Position numbers and translations under genes: made by a program. Positions 45,816-54,324 of a stretch of 64,000 bases of DNA are shown one piece after another. Within the stretch, counting starts at the first letter, position 1. Each line of letters opens with the position of its first letter. Under the pieces are notes generated by a model, which saw only the letters and a list, made by a program, of their open reading frames with translations, made no database searches and was not told where the DNA came from. The DNA lies in the NCBI GenBank assembly GCA_016182915.1, contig JACPFP010000003.1, positions 8,806 through 72,805 of the forward strand, written 5' to 3'. Origin of the DNA: Candidatus Dojkabacteria bacterium. GTDB lineage: Bacteria; Patescibacteriota; Dojkabacteria; SC72.

Positions 45816-46283
45816 ATGAATTACGGAAAGTATTTAACGTATAAGGTATGGGGGATTAGAATTAAGATTGACGACATTCTGGGGGCGGTGGTCTTTTACA
45901 TTGCAATACGCTCACTTCTAAGTGAAGCGTGGGGAGGAGTTTTTCTCTTTGCCGCACTGGGTTTAGCATTAGCTATTCCTGAGGACGACGGTCCTCGACA
46001 GTGGATGGAGGCCGTTTCGGCTTTCGGAATTATCTACTGTACGGTGTTACTTGCGGACCTCCCTATTCCCCTGATGCCATTTGGTATCGGTTTGGAAGGG
46101 TCATCTTTCAAGGTCATCCGCGGAGTTGCACTTACGCTTGGCTGGACCGCCCTTATAGCCAATCTATTGGAGATCCTTCCCGTGCTGGGAAAAGCCCTTT
46201 GGGAGCTCTTTCGAAAGCCAGCAGAAGGTGCCGATGAACGACGTAAGAAGGCTCTTGAAAAGAGACTTAACTCGCTGGAATAA
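45816..46283 (+). CDS. Hypothetical membrane protein encoded within an anomalously GC-rich segment.
   Basis: It has an ATG start with RBS GAAAGGAAGG. Most of the ORF (from about 45880) is about 50-60% GC, against about 35% for the surrounding sequence. Hydrophobic segments suggest three TM helices. See the finding on the GC-rich island. Confidence 0.4.
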   Translation: MNYGKYLTYKVWGIRIKIDDILGAVVFYIAIRSLLSEAWGGVFLFAALGLALAIPEDDGPRQWMEAVSAFGIIYCTVLLADLPIPLMPFGIGLEGSSFKVIRGVALTLGWTALIANLLEILPVLGKALWELFRKPAEGADERRKKALEKRLNSLE

Positions 46284-46368
46284 GCAGTTGAACAATCCTA
46301 GTTACTGCCCAAGGGGGAGTTATACAAATCCAACGCTTTCATGCGTGTATGACTCCCCTTCGGAACCC

Positions 46369-46653
46369 TTAGTCTATCCTTTCTATAACATACTCCATGA
46401 AGTTACCATACTGACTATCTAGTGCCTCATAATACTCTCTTCCATCCTTATAATCCCTATCAAGTATGTTTAAATCTACTAACTTCTCACATATGTACCT
46501 CACCTTACTCTCTGTACTTTCCGTTATAGCCACCAATCCTTCAACCGTTACCTCTTCTTCTGTCTCAAATAGATGGTCTAGTATGAGTAGTGCGTATGGA
46601 TCAGATACGACTTCAAATATCCTCGCATATTTTGTTGCCTGTGCGTATGTCAT
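46369..46653 (-). CDS. Winged-helix transcriptional regulator, ArsR/SmtB-like.
   Basis: ..ARIFEVVSDPYALLILDHLFE..EEVTVEGLVAITESTESKVRYICEKLVDLNIL.. fits an ArsR-type wHTH. Confidence 0.5.
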   Translation of the reverse strand: MTYAQATKYARIFEVVSDPYALLILDHLFETEEEVTVEGLVAITESTESKVRYICEKLVDLNILDRDYKDGREYYEALDSQYGNFMEYVIERID

Positions 46654-46737
46654 AAACTAAATTATTTTTAATTTATATACTTAAATAATACCACAGCCCT
46701 TGCAATCATAAAGCCTTTGTATATATTATCTAACTAT

Positions 46738-47061
46738 ATGAATATTAACCAGGCGAAGATATCTAAGTATTTTAGAGTCCTCTCAAACCCTACCCGTTTA
46801 GCTATCTTTCTTAATATTTTAGATACTTCATGCGAAGGTTGTATGGAGAAAGATGAGGTATCGGACAACTGTGTTTCTAAAATTTCTAAGTGTTTGGATA
46901 TACCTCAGCCAACCGTCTCCAATCATGTTAAAGAACTTGTAGACTTCGGACTCGTAGAATCAAAGAGGAAAGGAAAAAATATATACCTCTTCCCCTCTCC
47001 TCTTTTCAGTGATAATATTCAAGAATTCAGTGGGTACGTAACAGGAAAAGTATCTAATTAA
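46738..47061 (+). CDS. ArsR/SmtB family metalloregulator-like transcription factor.
   Basis: ..ISKYFRVLSNPTRLAIFLNIL.. plus the recognition helix ..IPQPTVSNHVKELVDFGLV.. and a Cys cluster CEGC..C. The track start at 46717 is TTG, and 46738 is the first ATG. Confidence 0.7.
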   Translation: MNINQAKISKYFRVLSNPTRLAIFLNILDTSCEGCMEKDEVSDNCVSKISKCLDIPQPTVSNHVKELVDFGLVESKRKGKNIYLFPSPLFSDNIQEFSGYVTGKVSN

Positions 47062-47079
47062 ATTTAGTATTTGTATACT

Positions 47080-47676
47080 ATGCAAGGAGTTAGATATACT
47101 CTTTCACCCCTTACCTATGATTATGATGCTCTCCAGCCCGTTATTTCTAAAGAAATTATGAAATTACATCACGATAAGCACCATCAGGCATATGTAAATG
47201 GAGCAAATGCTGCACTTGAACTTCTTGAAAAAGGGCGTACAGGAGTCGTAATTGTGAACCTTAAGTCTGTAATGAGGGATCTAAGCTTCAACTTAAATGG
47301 CCACCTTCTTCATGAGATTTTCTGGAAGAATATGAGGAAGTATCAGGATAAAAATGAAATGCCGGAGAAGTTAGCTGAATTACTGATTAAAAATTTTGGC
47401 TCCGTTGATGCCTTTAAGAAGGAATTTGTAGAGGCAGGAAAGGCGGTAGAAGCATCTGGCTGGGTAATGCTGGTTAAAGATAGTGAGGGAAATCTAATGG
47501 TGACTCAGGTACAAAATCATAATCTCCTTGGAGTTACAGGTTTTAAACCGGTTCTTGTAAACGATGTATGGGAACATGCATACTATCTGGATTATACGAA
47601 TGATAGAGGTGCATATTTGGAGAAGTGGTGGAATGTAGTTAATTGGGATGATGTAATGGAAAGGATAAATACATAA
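47080..47676 (+). CDS. Superoxide dismutase, Fe/Mn family.
   Basis: ..LPYDYDALQP..HHDKHHQAYVN.. and C-terminal DVWEHAYYLDY metal-ligand motifs. The track start at 47071 is TTG, and the ATG is at 47080. Confidence 0.9.
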   Translation: MQGVRYTLSPLTYDYDALQPVISKEIMKLHHDKHHQAYVNGANAALELLEKGRTGVVIVNLKSVMRDLSFNLNGHLLHEIFWKNMRKYQDKNEMPEKLAELLIKNFGSVDAFKKEFVEAGKAVEASGWVMLVKDSEGNLMVTQVQNHNLLGVTGFKPVLVNDVWEHAYYLDYTNDRGAYLEKWWNVVNWDDVMERINT

Positions 47677-47687
47677 GGTCATGCTAT

Positions 47688-47714
47688 AATTAGAAGTTAA
47701 TCCAACTTCTAATT
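47688..47714 (+). terminator. Hairpin downstream of the sod gene, weak terminator candidate.
   Basis: AATTAGAAGTT / AACTTCTAATT 11-bp stem with loop AATCC beginning 12 bp after the stop. There is no T-tract, so confidence is modest. Confidence 0.35.
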
Positions 47715-47717
47715 CCT

Positions 47718-48869
47718 GTGTCTACATACAGAGAGAATACTCCCCAAATAGATTACGCAGAGCATAAAGAAGGGATCGCCCTTGTTGATTCTCAACACTT
47801 TCCAGCAGATTTTAATCCCGATACTGTTAATTACTTCAATGTTCACAGGCCTCAAGAGTTAATTCTTGCCCTTCAGCAGAGAGTTGAGCACTTCGATGTG
47901 GGATTAATCAACCCTATTTTTGAACATGCTCTTAATGATAGCGTTAATACCTATGAGGTCTCAAAGTCTATGGGGACTGGACATGTGATAATCTTTGTTC
48001 AAACCGAAAAGAATGGTGAACTTGTATTAAGGGCTAATGCACTTCTTGACCAACCTGAGATGTATATGGAGCTTGAATTTGATTTTTTAAAGATATATAA
48101 GGCTTTAGATATTCCCGTGAATGAACTCGTTTTCGCAGACGCATCACGAAGTAGGTATCCATTTGATTACCAGATTATGAAAAGATTGCCAGGAAGGGAT
48201 CTAGGCGCTGATTGGGCTGGAAGTCAGGAAGACTATGAAAAAATCTGTAGGGAACAAGGTGCAAACATTGCTCGTATGCATAAGTATAAAGGTAATGGTT
48301 GGGGACGTATTAGAAAAGGAGATGAAGGATTAGTTGGTCACTACCCTACTCATAACGATTTCCTTACGGCCTCACTATCGCATGATTTAGATATTATCGG
48401 AATCTTTAATCTCCTTACTCCGGAAGATAGGTATAGAATACAAGAATACTTTATCTCTAAAGACGTACAGTCTCTCTTCTCCAGTACAACTTCCCATTTG
48501 CTCCATAATGACCCCTCCGATTTGAATATGAGATATTTAGGTAATACTTTCCTCTGTTATTTTGACTGGGAGAACGCAGCTATGTTTGATCCGATTAATG
48601 AACTCGGAACAGCTCCAACATGGAAATCAGCCTTCCCCAAAAGGAAATCAATGGTTGAGGGTTATGTAAATGAGCTTGGGTACAGACCAGATAATTTAGA
48701 AGAGAAAATGAACGTATACTTCTTAAGGAAAATGCTAGACAAGGTTGCTTTTGCTCTAAAAGGAAGTCGACTAAATAATAGGCATATTGAACTATTTAAG
48801 CAGGGATTAGCTGTAAATCATATAAATATAGACCTCACACAGATTGATAGTATTGGTAATGCGATATAG
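47718..48869 (+). CDS. Phosphotransferase-family protein (APH/choline-kinase-like kinase fold).
   Basis: Brenner-type motif ..LLHNDPSDLNM.. and a downstream ..FDWENA.. (DxD-like) motif. The start is GTG in the track and the first ATG is about 85 codons in, so the start is uncertain. Confidence 0.45.
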   Translation: MSTYRENTPQIDYAEHKEGIALVDSQHFPADFNPDTVNYFNVHRPQELILALQQRVEHFDVGLINPIFEHALNDSVNTYEVSKSMGTGHVIIFVQTEKNGELVLRANALLDQPEMYMELEFDFLKIYKALDIPVNELVFADASRSRYPFDYQIMKRLPGRDLGADWAGSQEDYEKICREQGANIARMHKYKGNGWGRIRKGDEGLVGHYPTHNDFLTASLSHDLDIIGIFNLLTPEDRYRIQEYFISKDVQSLFSSTTSHLLHNDPSDLNMRYLGNTFLCYFDWENAAMFDPINELGTAPTWKSAFPKRKSMVEGYVNELGYRPDNLEEKMNVYFLRKMLDKVAFALKGSRLNNRHIELFKQGLAVNHINIDLTQIDSIGNAI

Positions 48870-48870
48870 A

Positions 48871-50154
48871 TTACTCGTACCTCAATGCTTTTATAGGATC
48901 GAGTTTTGCTGCTTTTATAGCAGGATATACACCAGCAACTACCCCAACAAGAATACTCAATGCTGTTATAACAAGTGCAATCGTTATATCAAAGTTGAAA
49001 AATGTTGTAGCACCAAACCCTGCGTTATTCAGCTGATCTACTATTAACGGGTCAGTGAGCTTCATTACAGCGAAGATAAGTAGTAATCCAAAAACACCCC
49101 CAAAGAGACCTATAAATCCTGATTGTATTAGGAATATTGTTAATACTTGTGTATTTGAAGCTCCAATTGCCTTTATTATACCTATCTCCTTTGTTTGTTC
49201 ATATATACTCATAATCATAGTATTAATGATACCGATACCTGCAACAAGGGCAGATACTAGTCCAAACATAACAAGTGCAATTGTTAGTCCTTGTGTAATG
49301 CTTCCTAGAATTGAGATTACATCATCGGCAGTAAAGGTGTCGTAATTATACGTATCCTTAACATACTTTTTAAACTCCTTAACATTATCTGTATAGGTTG
49401 TTACATAGAGATTATCGTAACCAATCTCCTTTATATATTCATTACTACTCTTAAAGCCACCTAGATCTGCTAGCATTGAAGTACTGTCTTCCACATGTAA
49501 TATGGCATCATTCTTATCCTGTCCGGGATCGTATACCCCCGTAATTGTATATTCAAACTTCTTTCCAATGATACTCTTGGAGCGGTTTGTTAGGATTGAA
49601 GATGACGAAGGCTCTATTGCAACTTTCATGCCGATAATATCGTTAGGGTCATTAAGTTTATAGAATTTTGAAAAGGCTTTAGATACCCATATCTTCCCTG
49701 GTTCCACCCTTTCTACATTCCCTGAGAATTCTTTAAAATATGAATTATTTGACTTAACGTCCCAACCAGACATGAAGGCTTGAGGATATGGAACCTTCTT
49801 ATCGATCAAGGTTATGTTCATGCCTGTAATTACTGTCATTCGAGAGATATCCTCAACATATTCAAAGGCTCTAATTTCATTAAGAACATCTTCATTCATA
49901 ATCGTTTGTTTCTGTTCCTCCTGATCGTATGTCTGTTCTCCAACTCCTGTAAACATGGAGAAGGCTCCGCCTTTAGTTACAATTATCTGATTTGGCTTAA
50001 GGATTGTATTGAACTGGTCAACAAGGAGTTTCTGTAAATCCTGCATACCAAAGATAATGAAGCTAATTAGAAAAACAGCAATTGTTATTCCTAAACTGGT
50101 TAGGAATGTTCTCATCTTTCTTCTTAAAACGATGCTTAATGCATATTTAAACAT
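48871..50154 (-). CDS. ABC transporter permease, MacB/FtsX-type.
   Basis: N-terminal TM helix, a periplasmic MacB-like core and a C-terminal FtsX 3-TM bundle. Its start overlaps the ATPase stop. Confidence 0.85.
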   Translation of the reverse strand: MFKYALSIVLRRKMRTFLTSLGITIAVFLISFIIFGMQDLQKLLVDQFNTILKPNQIIVTKGGAFSMFTGVGEQTYDQEEQKQTIMNEDVLNEIRAFEYVEDISRMTVITGMNITLIDKKVPYPQAFMSGWDVKSNNSYFKEFSGNVERVEPGKIWVSKAFSKFYKLNDPNDIIGMKVAIEPSSSSILTNRSKSIIGKKFEYTITGVYDPGQDKNDAILHVEDSTSMLADLGGFKSSNEYIKEIGYDNLYVTTYTDNVKEFKKYVKDTYNYDTFTADDVISILGSITQGLTIALVMFGLVSALVAGIGIINTMIMSIYEQTKEIGIIKAIGASNTQVLTIFLIQSGFIGLFGGVFGLLLIFAVMKLTDPLIVDQLNNAGFGATTFFNFDITIALVITALSILVGVVAGVYPAIKAAKLDPIKALRYE

Positions 50155-50156
50155 AT

Positions 50157-50831
50157 TTATTCCTGTATTATTTTACCGTCTCTTAGGTGTATCTTTCTAT
50201 CAACATTATTAAATAGCTCGGGATCATGTGTAACGATTATAAGCGTTGTTCCCTCTTCTTTATTAAGTTCAAAAAGAAGGTCAACTATCTCCCCACCTGT
50301 TTTTGAATCAAGGTTACCTGTAGGTTCGTCTGCGAGTATTATCTTTGGTTTTGCAATTAGAGCACGTGCTATGGCAACTCTTTGAGACTGGCCACCTGAT
50401 AGTTCTGTTGGTTTGTGATCAGCCCGTTCTTTTAAGCCCAGTTTTCCAAGTAGGTATTCTAATCTATCATTTACCCTTCCCTTTCCGAGTTGCTTTCCAA
50501 ATGTAATAGGTAGAAGGATATTCTCCGCAACAGTTAGCGATGAAACTAGGTTGAATTGCTGAAATATAGTTCCTACAATGTTTCTTCTGTAATAGTTCGT
50601 GTCGTAGTCTTTGATGTCTTTACCATCTACTAGAAGACTCCCTTTATACTCTGTATCTAAACCTCCGAGGATATTTAACATGGTAGACTTACCTGAACCT
50701 GATGGTCCAACAATGGCAATGGTACTTCCCTCTTTAATGGTGAAACTAATATCGTCAAGTGCTTTTACCTTGACCTTTTTATTCATTACATAAGTTTTGT
50801 TTAAGTTCTCTGCTTTAATCACCCTATCCAA
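50157..50831 (-). CDS. ABC transporter ATP-binding protein, MacB/LolD-like.
   Basis: Walker A GPSGSGKST, signature LSGGQSQRVAIARAL and Walker B ILADEPTGNLD. Confidence 0.9.
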   Translation of the reverse strand: MDRVIKAENLNKTYVMNKKVKVKALDDISFTIKEGSTIAIVGPSGSGKSTMLNILGGLDTEYKGSLLVDGKDIKDYDTNYYRRNIVGTIFQQFNLVSSLTVAENILLPITFGKQLGKGRVNDRLEYLLGKLGLKERADHKPTELSGGQSQRVAIARALIAKPKIILADEPTGNLDSKTGGEIVDLLFELNKEEGTTLIIVTHDPELFNNVDRKIHLRDGKIIQE

Positions 50832-50869
50832 GATATTACTTTAAATCTAGAAATGCAAATATTATAGAA

Positions 50870-51574
50870 TTAGCCCTTCAGTATGTACACAACCTGCTTT
50901 TTATTAAGGTCTATTTTCTCACTTCTCCACGCCTCAATACTCATTGTTCTATATAACTCTCGTTCTGTCTCAATCTCGATTCCCAGGCTTAGAAGTGTAT
51001 TTGATTTGCAGGTACTAAGAATATCCTCAAATATATATTGTGCTCGGTATGGAGCTTCAATGAAGATCTGTGATGTATTTCTTTCAATTGAAACTCTTTC
51101 TAGCTCTCTAATCTTACTTATCCTTTTCACTTGTTCTTTGGGAAGATAACCATTAAAGGTGAATGATTGACCATTTAGGCCAGAGGCGGAAAGGGTTTGA
51201 AGTATCGCGGATGGTCCTGCAAAAGTTTTTACGGCTATATTGTTTTGATGAGCCTTTTGAACTAACTCTGTACCCATATCGCCAACACCTGGATAGCCTG
51301 CGTCACTCATCACACCTACATTGCTTCCTTGCTTCAATGTATCTAGGATTTCTTTAATGTTTACACTGGTATTCTCATCTAACTGGAAAAACTTTAATGA
51401 TGAGGTTTGTCTTTCTAGGTCTAAACCTTTTAGAAATGATCTCCCTATTTTAGGTGTTTCTACTACAAAACAGTCAATCTTTCGTAGTTGCTCAAGAACT
51501 GATTCTGGGTATATCGCTACAAGCGGTCTGCCGGCAAGAGAGGTTGGGATTAAGTATAGTGTGCCAGGATTCAT
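50870..51574 (-). CDS. rsmI: 16S rRNA 2'-O-ribose C1402 methyltransferase RsmI-like (tetrapyrrole-methylase fold).
   Basis: ..GTLYLIPTSLAGRP.., ..GYPGVGDMGTELV.. and ..VKTFAGPSAILQTL.. match the RsmI family. The start was placed at the internal Met (51574), which abuts the mutL stop. The track start at 51643 would overlap mutL by 68 bp. Confidence 0.7.
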   Translation of the reverse strand: MNPGTLYLIPTSLAGRPLVAIYPESVLEQLRKIDCFVVETPKIGRSFLKGLDLERQTSSLKFFQLDENTSVNIKEILDTLKQGSNVGVMSDAGYPGVGDMGTELVQKAHQNNIAVKTFAGPSAILQTLSASGLNGQSFTFNGYLPKEQVKRISKIRELERVSIERNTSQIFIEAPYRAQYIFEDILSTCKSNTLLSLGIEIETERELYRTMSIEAWRSEKIDLNKKQVVYILKG

Positions 51575-51575
51575 T

Positions 51576-53414
51576 TTAGTATGTTCTATAGAAATTAGTA
51601 TCAATCTCAGATAGTTTCTGCTTCCATATTGCAGGCCTTCCATGAGGACAACTGTATGGATTTGTGCATTTGAGGAGAGTGAAATATAGATTTAGACCCT
51701 CTTGTGGGGTTAAGCTCTGTCCCTTTCGAATACTTCCGTGACAGGCAAGTGTAGCAAGAATATTGTTCTTTGAGTTCTCAAAAGACTTCTTTATATCTCT
51801 ATCTACTTCTGAGATATCAAAGACAGATCTAAATAGCTCTTCTACATTATATCCGTTGAATATGGAAGGTATTGAATGGATATCTACTCCATTTTCATCA
51901 AGTGTGAACTTGAAACCAAGTTTTTCAAAGAAGTCTCTATACTCTGTTAGGTATGTGAGTTCAACTTCTGAAAGAGGTATATTAGTTGGTAGTAGGAGGT
52001 TTTGAACATCCATATTTACGTTCTCAAGGCTCTTTTCAAGCTTCTCAAAGTTAATTCTCTCTGCTGCGGCATGCTGGTCCATCATTATTAGCTCGTTTCC
52101 GCTTTCAATTAGAATATATTTATTGAATATCTGAAAAACATTACTCGCATTTACCTGATTACCGTGGTTCTCCTCACCATCTCTTCCTATATCTAAAAGC
52201 TCTTTTGAGAAGTTTAGACTCTGTTTAATACTGAAGTCTTTGCTACCTTTATCAAACCTTATATCCCTAGAACTTGTGTCATTTTTAAACATACCCTGGT
52301 TATAATTACTACTCCCTCTATCCTCAACTTTTGTATATTGCTTATACTCTGGTGTAATGTAGTTTATCTCAGGTTGGTTTGCGGTAAAAGAGTTCTGTGT
52401 CTTTACAAGGTTTTGAAGAGCGTGGGAGACAGCCTCCTCAACTGCAGAGTATATTCGGAAGGGGTTTTCAAATCTAACTTCCTCCTTCCTCGGATGTACA
52501 TTTACATCGACAAGGTTGTTTTTTAGGTGAATGGAGATTAGAAAGGGAACTTTCTGAGTTTGGGGAATATATCTGGAGTATGCTGACCTAATAGATTTTG
52601 CAATTCCGAAGTCCCAGATGGGTCTGTCGTTAATAAATATATATTGATTACTAGTTTTCTCGTAGTTATCCTGTGGGTGTCCAGCGTATCCGAATATCTC
52701 TGCGCCACTGCCGCTTGATTTGAACATAAACATACGGTCAATATATTCACCTTTTAGCACCTGCTTGATTCTTTGTAGGTTTAACTCCTTTGAGGGAGCA
52801 TTTTCTACTTGTGCAGGCAAATTGAGAACCTCTTTCCCATCTTTAATTAGAAGGAAGTGGATATTGTCATATCTAAGAAAGAAGGGCTGAAGAATCTCTA
52901 GTATCTTTCTGTATTCTGTCTCTGGGGTTTTTAAGTATTTACGTCTAGCTGGAACATTGTAGAAGAGGTCAGAAACAGTTATTGTTGTACCCTGCTCTTT
53001 TGCGCTTTTCTTTATTGTTTGGGGAGTAATCCCATCAAACGCTATTTCATATCCATACTCGCCTTCAGTATGTCGTGAGGAGGCTTTTACCTTCGCAACT
53101 GAAACAATTGTGGAGAGAGCTTCTCCTCTAAAACCCATTGTCATTATCTCATTTAGGTCCTCAATACTACTTATCTTACTTGTAGTATGAGCATCAAAGA
53201 CCTTCACTAAATCAACTTCGGGTATACCGGTACCGTTGTCTGTAATCTCTATATTTTTAATGCCCCCTTCCTCTACTTTAATTTTAATTACGGAAGCCTT
53301 CGCATCGATAGCGTTATCCACTAGTTCCTTGACAATTGAAGCTGGGCGTTCTATAACTTCCCCTGCCGCTATCTGATTGACTAGTTCTTGAGGAAGCTTT
53401 TGTAGTTTGTTCAT
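51576..53414 (-). CDS. mutL: DNA mismatch repair protein MutL.
   Basis: N-terminal GHKL ATPase motifs ..IAAGEVIERPASIVKELVDNAIDA.. and ..DNGTGI.., plus a C-terminal dimerisation domain. Confidence 0.9.
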   Translation of the reverse strand: MNKLQKLPQELVNQIAAGEVIERPASIVKELVDNAIDAKASVIKIKVEEGGIKNIEITDNGTGIPEVDLVKVFDAHTTSKISSIEDLNEIMTMGFRGEALSTIVSVAKVKASSRHTEGEYGYEIAFDGITPQTIKKSAKEQGTTITVSDLFYNVPARRKYLKTPETEYRKILEILQPFFLRYDNIHFLLIKDGKEVLNLPAQVENAPSKELNLQRIKQVLKGEYIDRMFMFKSSGSGAEIFGYAGHPQDNYEKTSNQYIFINDRPIWDFGIAKSIRSAYSRYIPQTQKVPFLISIHLKNNLVDVNVHPRKEEVRFENPFRIYSAVEEAVSHALQNLVKTQNSFTANQPEINYITPEYKQYTKVEDRGSSNYNQGMFKNDTSSRDIRFDKGSKDFSIKQSLNFSKELLDIGRDGEENHGNQVNASNVFQIFNKYILIESGNELIMMDQHAAAERINFEKLEKSLENVNMDVQNLLLPTNIPLSEVELTYLTEYRDFFEKLGFKFTLDENGVDIHSIPSIFNGYNVEELFRSVFDISEVDRDIKKSFENSKNNILATLACHGSIRKGQSLTPQEGLNLYFTLLKCTNPYSCPHGRPAIWKQKLSEIDTNFYRTY

Positions 53415-53440
53415 ATTTGTTATTTTAGCATATTATTACA

Positions 53441-53851
53441 ATGCCACGTAGAATGTCCAACCAAATTCATGATGCTCTCGATGGTAATGTGGAATTCGTA
53501 AATGAATTAGTTAACAAAGAAATTGCCTTTGAGGATTTCTCGTTTCAAATTACACCTGAAGAAACCTTCTATGATATTCATCTCGTTCAAAGCGGAGAGC
53601 ATGTAAATTCTGCACGACTTAGCTTTGGAGACAACCGAGAGGGTGTACTAAGTGTTATTGAACTTAAATCGTACGAAAGAGAGAGGGCTTCCTCACATTT
53701 GCTCGGGCAACTGGCGCTTGGAATCAAAACTTTTCTGTCGGTAATTGGAGTTCCTGAGTTACCCGTTGAAGTAAATATCGCTGCCCCGATTACTAATCCA
53801 GGACATCCAAAGTATATTGCCGATCAGAAGTTAAGGAGTCACTTACAGTAA
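53441..53851 (+). CDS. Hypothetical protein.
   Basis: A 136-aa ORF with no recognisable motif. Confidence 0.4.
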   Translation: MPRRMSNQIHDALDGNVEFVNELVNKEIAFEDFSFQITPEETFYDIHLVQSGEHVNSARLSFGDNREGVLSVIELKSYERERASSHLLGQLALGIKTFLSVIGVPELPVEVNIAAPITNPGHPKYIADQKLRSHLQ

Positions 53852-54265
53852 ACTGAACTTTTGGGCAATTCTCTCACCCTCTTCCCTGCTTAACCATCTA
53901 TTTCTATCCTTTTGTAGTTCTCCAATAGGTTTTAGCGCAAACTCCCAATCGGTACCATCTGCATTATGTGGAAGAAGGTGTATATGTGAGTGAGGAACGT
54001 CCCTTCCAAAGGTAGCACTGTCTACATATTTATACCCTAACTTTTTTCTATAGTGGTTTGCTATCTTCTGTGCTGTCTTGTAGTAGTCATCTAGATATTC
54101 AACATCCCAAACGAATTGTACGTGCTCTTTTGGTATTAGAAGGGTATGTCCTTCTGTGAAATGAGCAAGGTCTAGAAATGCAAGATATTTACTATCTTCG
54201 TAAACCTTAAAACATGGAATTTCTCCATTTACAATCTTGCAGAAAATACAGTTATTTCCCTCCAT
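53843..54265 (-). CDS. HIT-family (histidine triad) nucleotide hydrolase.
   Basis: ..CIFCKIV.. N-terminus and the histidine triad HSHIHLLP. Confidence 0.85.
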   Translation of the reverse strand: MEGNNCIFCKIVNGEIPCFKVYEDSKYLAFLDLAHFTEGHTLLIPKEHVQFVWDVEYLDDYYKTAQKIANHYRKKLGYKYVDSATFGRDVPHSHIHLLPHNADGTDWEFALKPIGELQKDRNRWLSREEGERIAQKFSLL

Positions 54266-54324
54266 AGCAGTACTTCTAAATTTATATGTCTATCTTATCT
54301 CTTTTTATTATATAATTGTAGTCA

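Noticed and set aside
45870-46360. Tested the idea that the GC-rich island is tmRNA, RNase P RNA or SRP RNA.
   Set aside because: By eye I could not find the diagnostic motifs on either strand. I looked for the RNase P P4 strands AGGAAAGUCCGGGC and ACAGAACCCGGCUUA, the tmRNA tRNA-like ends and an ..ALAA tag-ORF, and the SRP GGAAGCAGCC loop. A covariance-model scan is still needed, so the idea is downgraded rather than excluded.
46001-46422. Extra ORFs (78 aa and 64 aa) inside and just after the GC-rich island.
   Set aside because: High GC suppresses stop codons in all frames. They overlap the better-supported 45816..46283 ORF and have no independent support.
47062-47079. Inverted repeat TAGTAT-N5-ATACTA immediately upstream of sod, considered as a PerR/Fur/LexA-type operator.
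   Set aside because: It is short, AT-rich and overlaps the TTG/ATG start region. Palindromes of this size are expected by chance in 35% GC DNA. It is kept only as a footnote to the lexA-operator finding.
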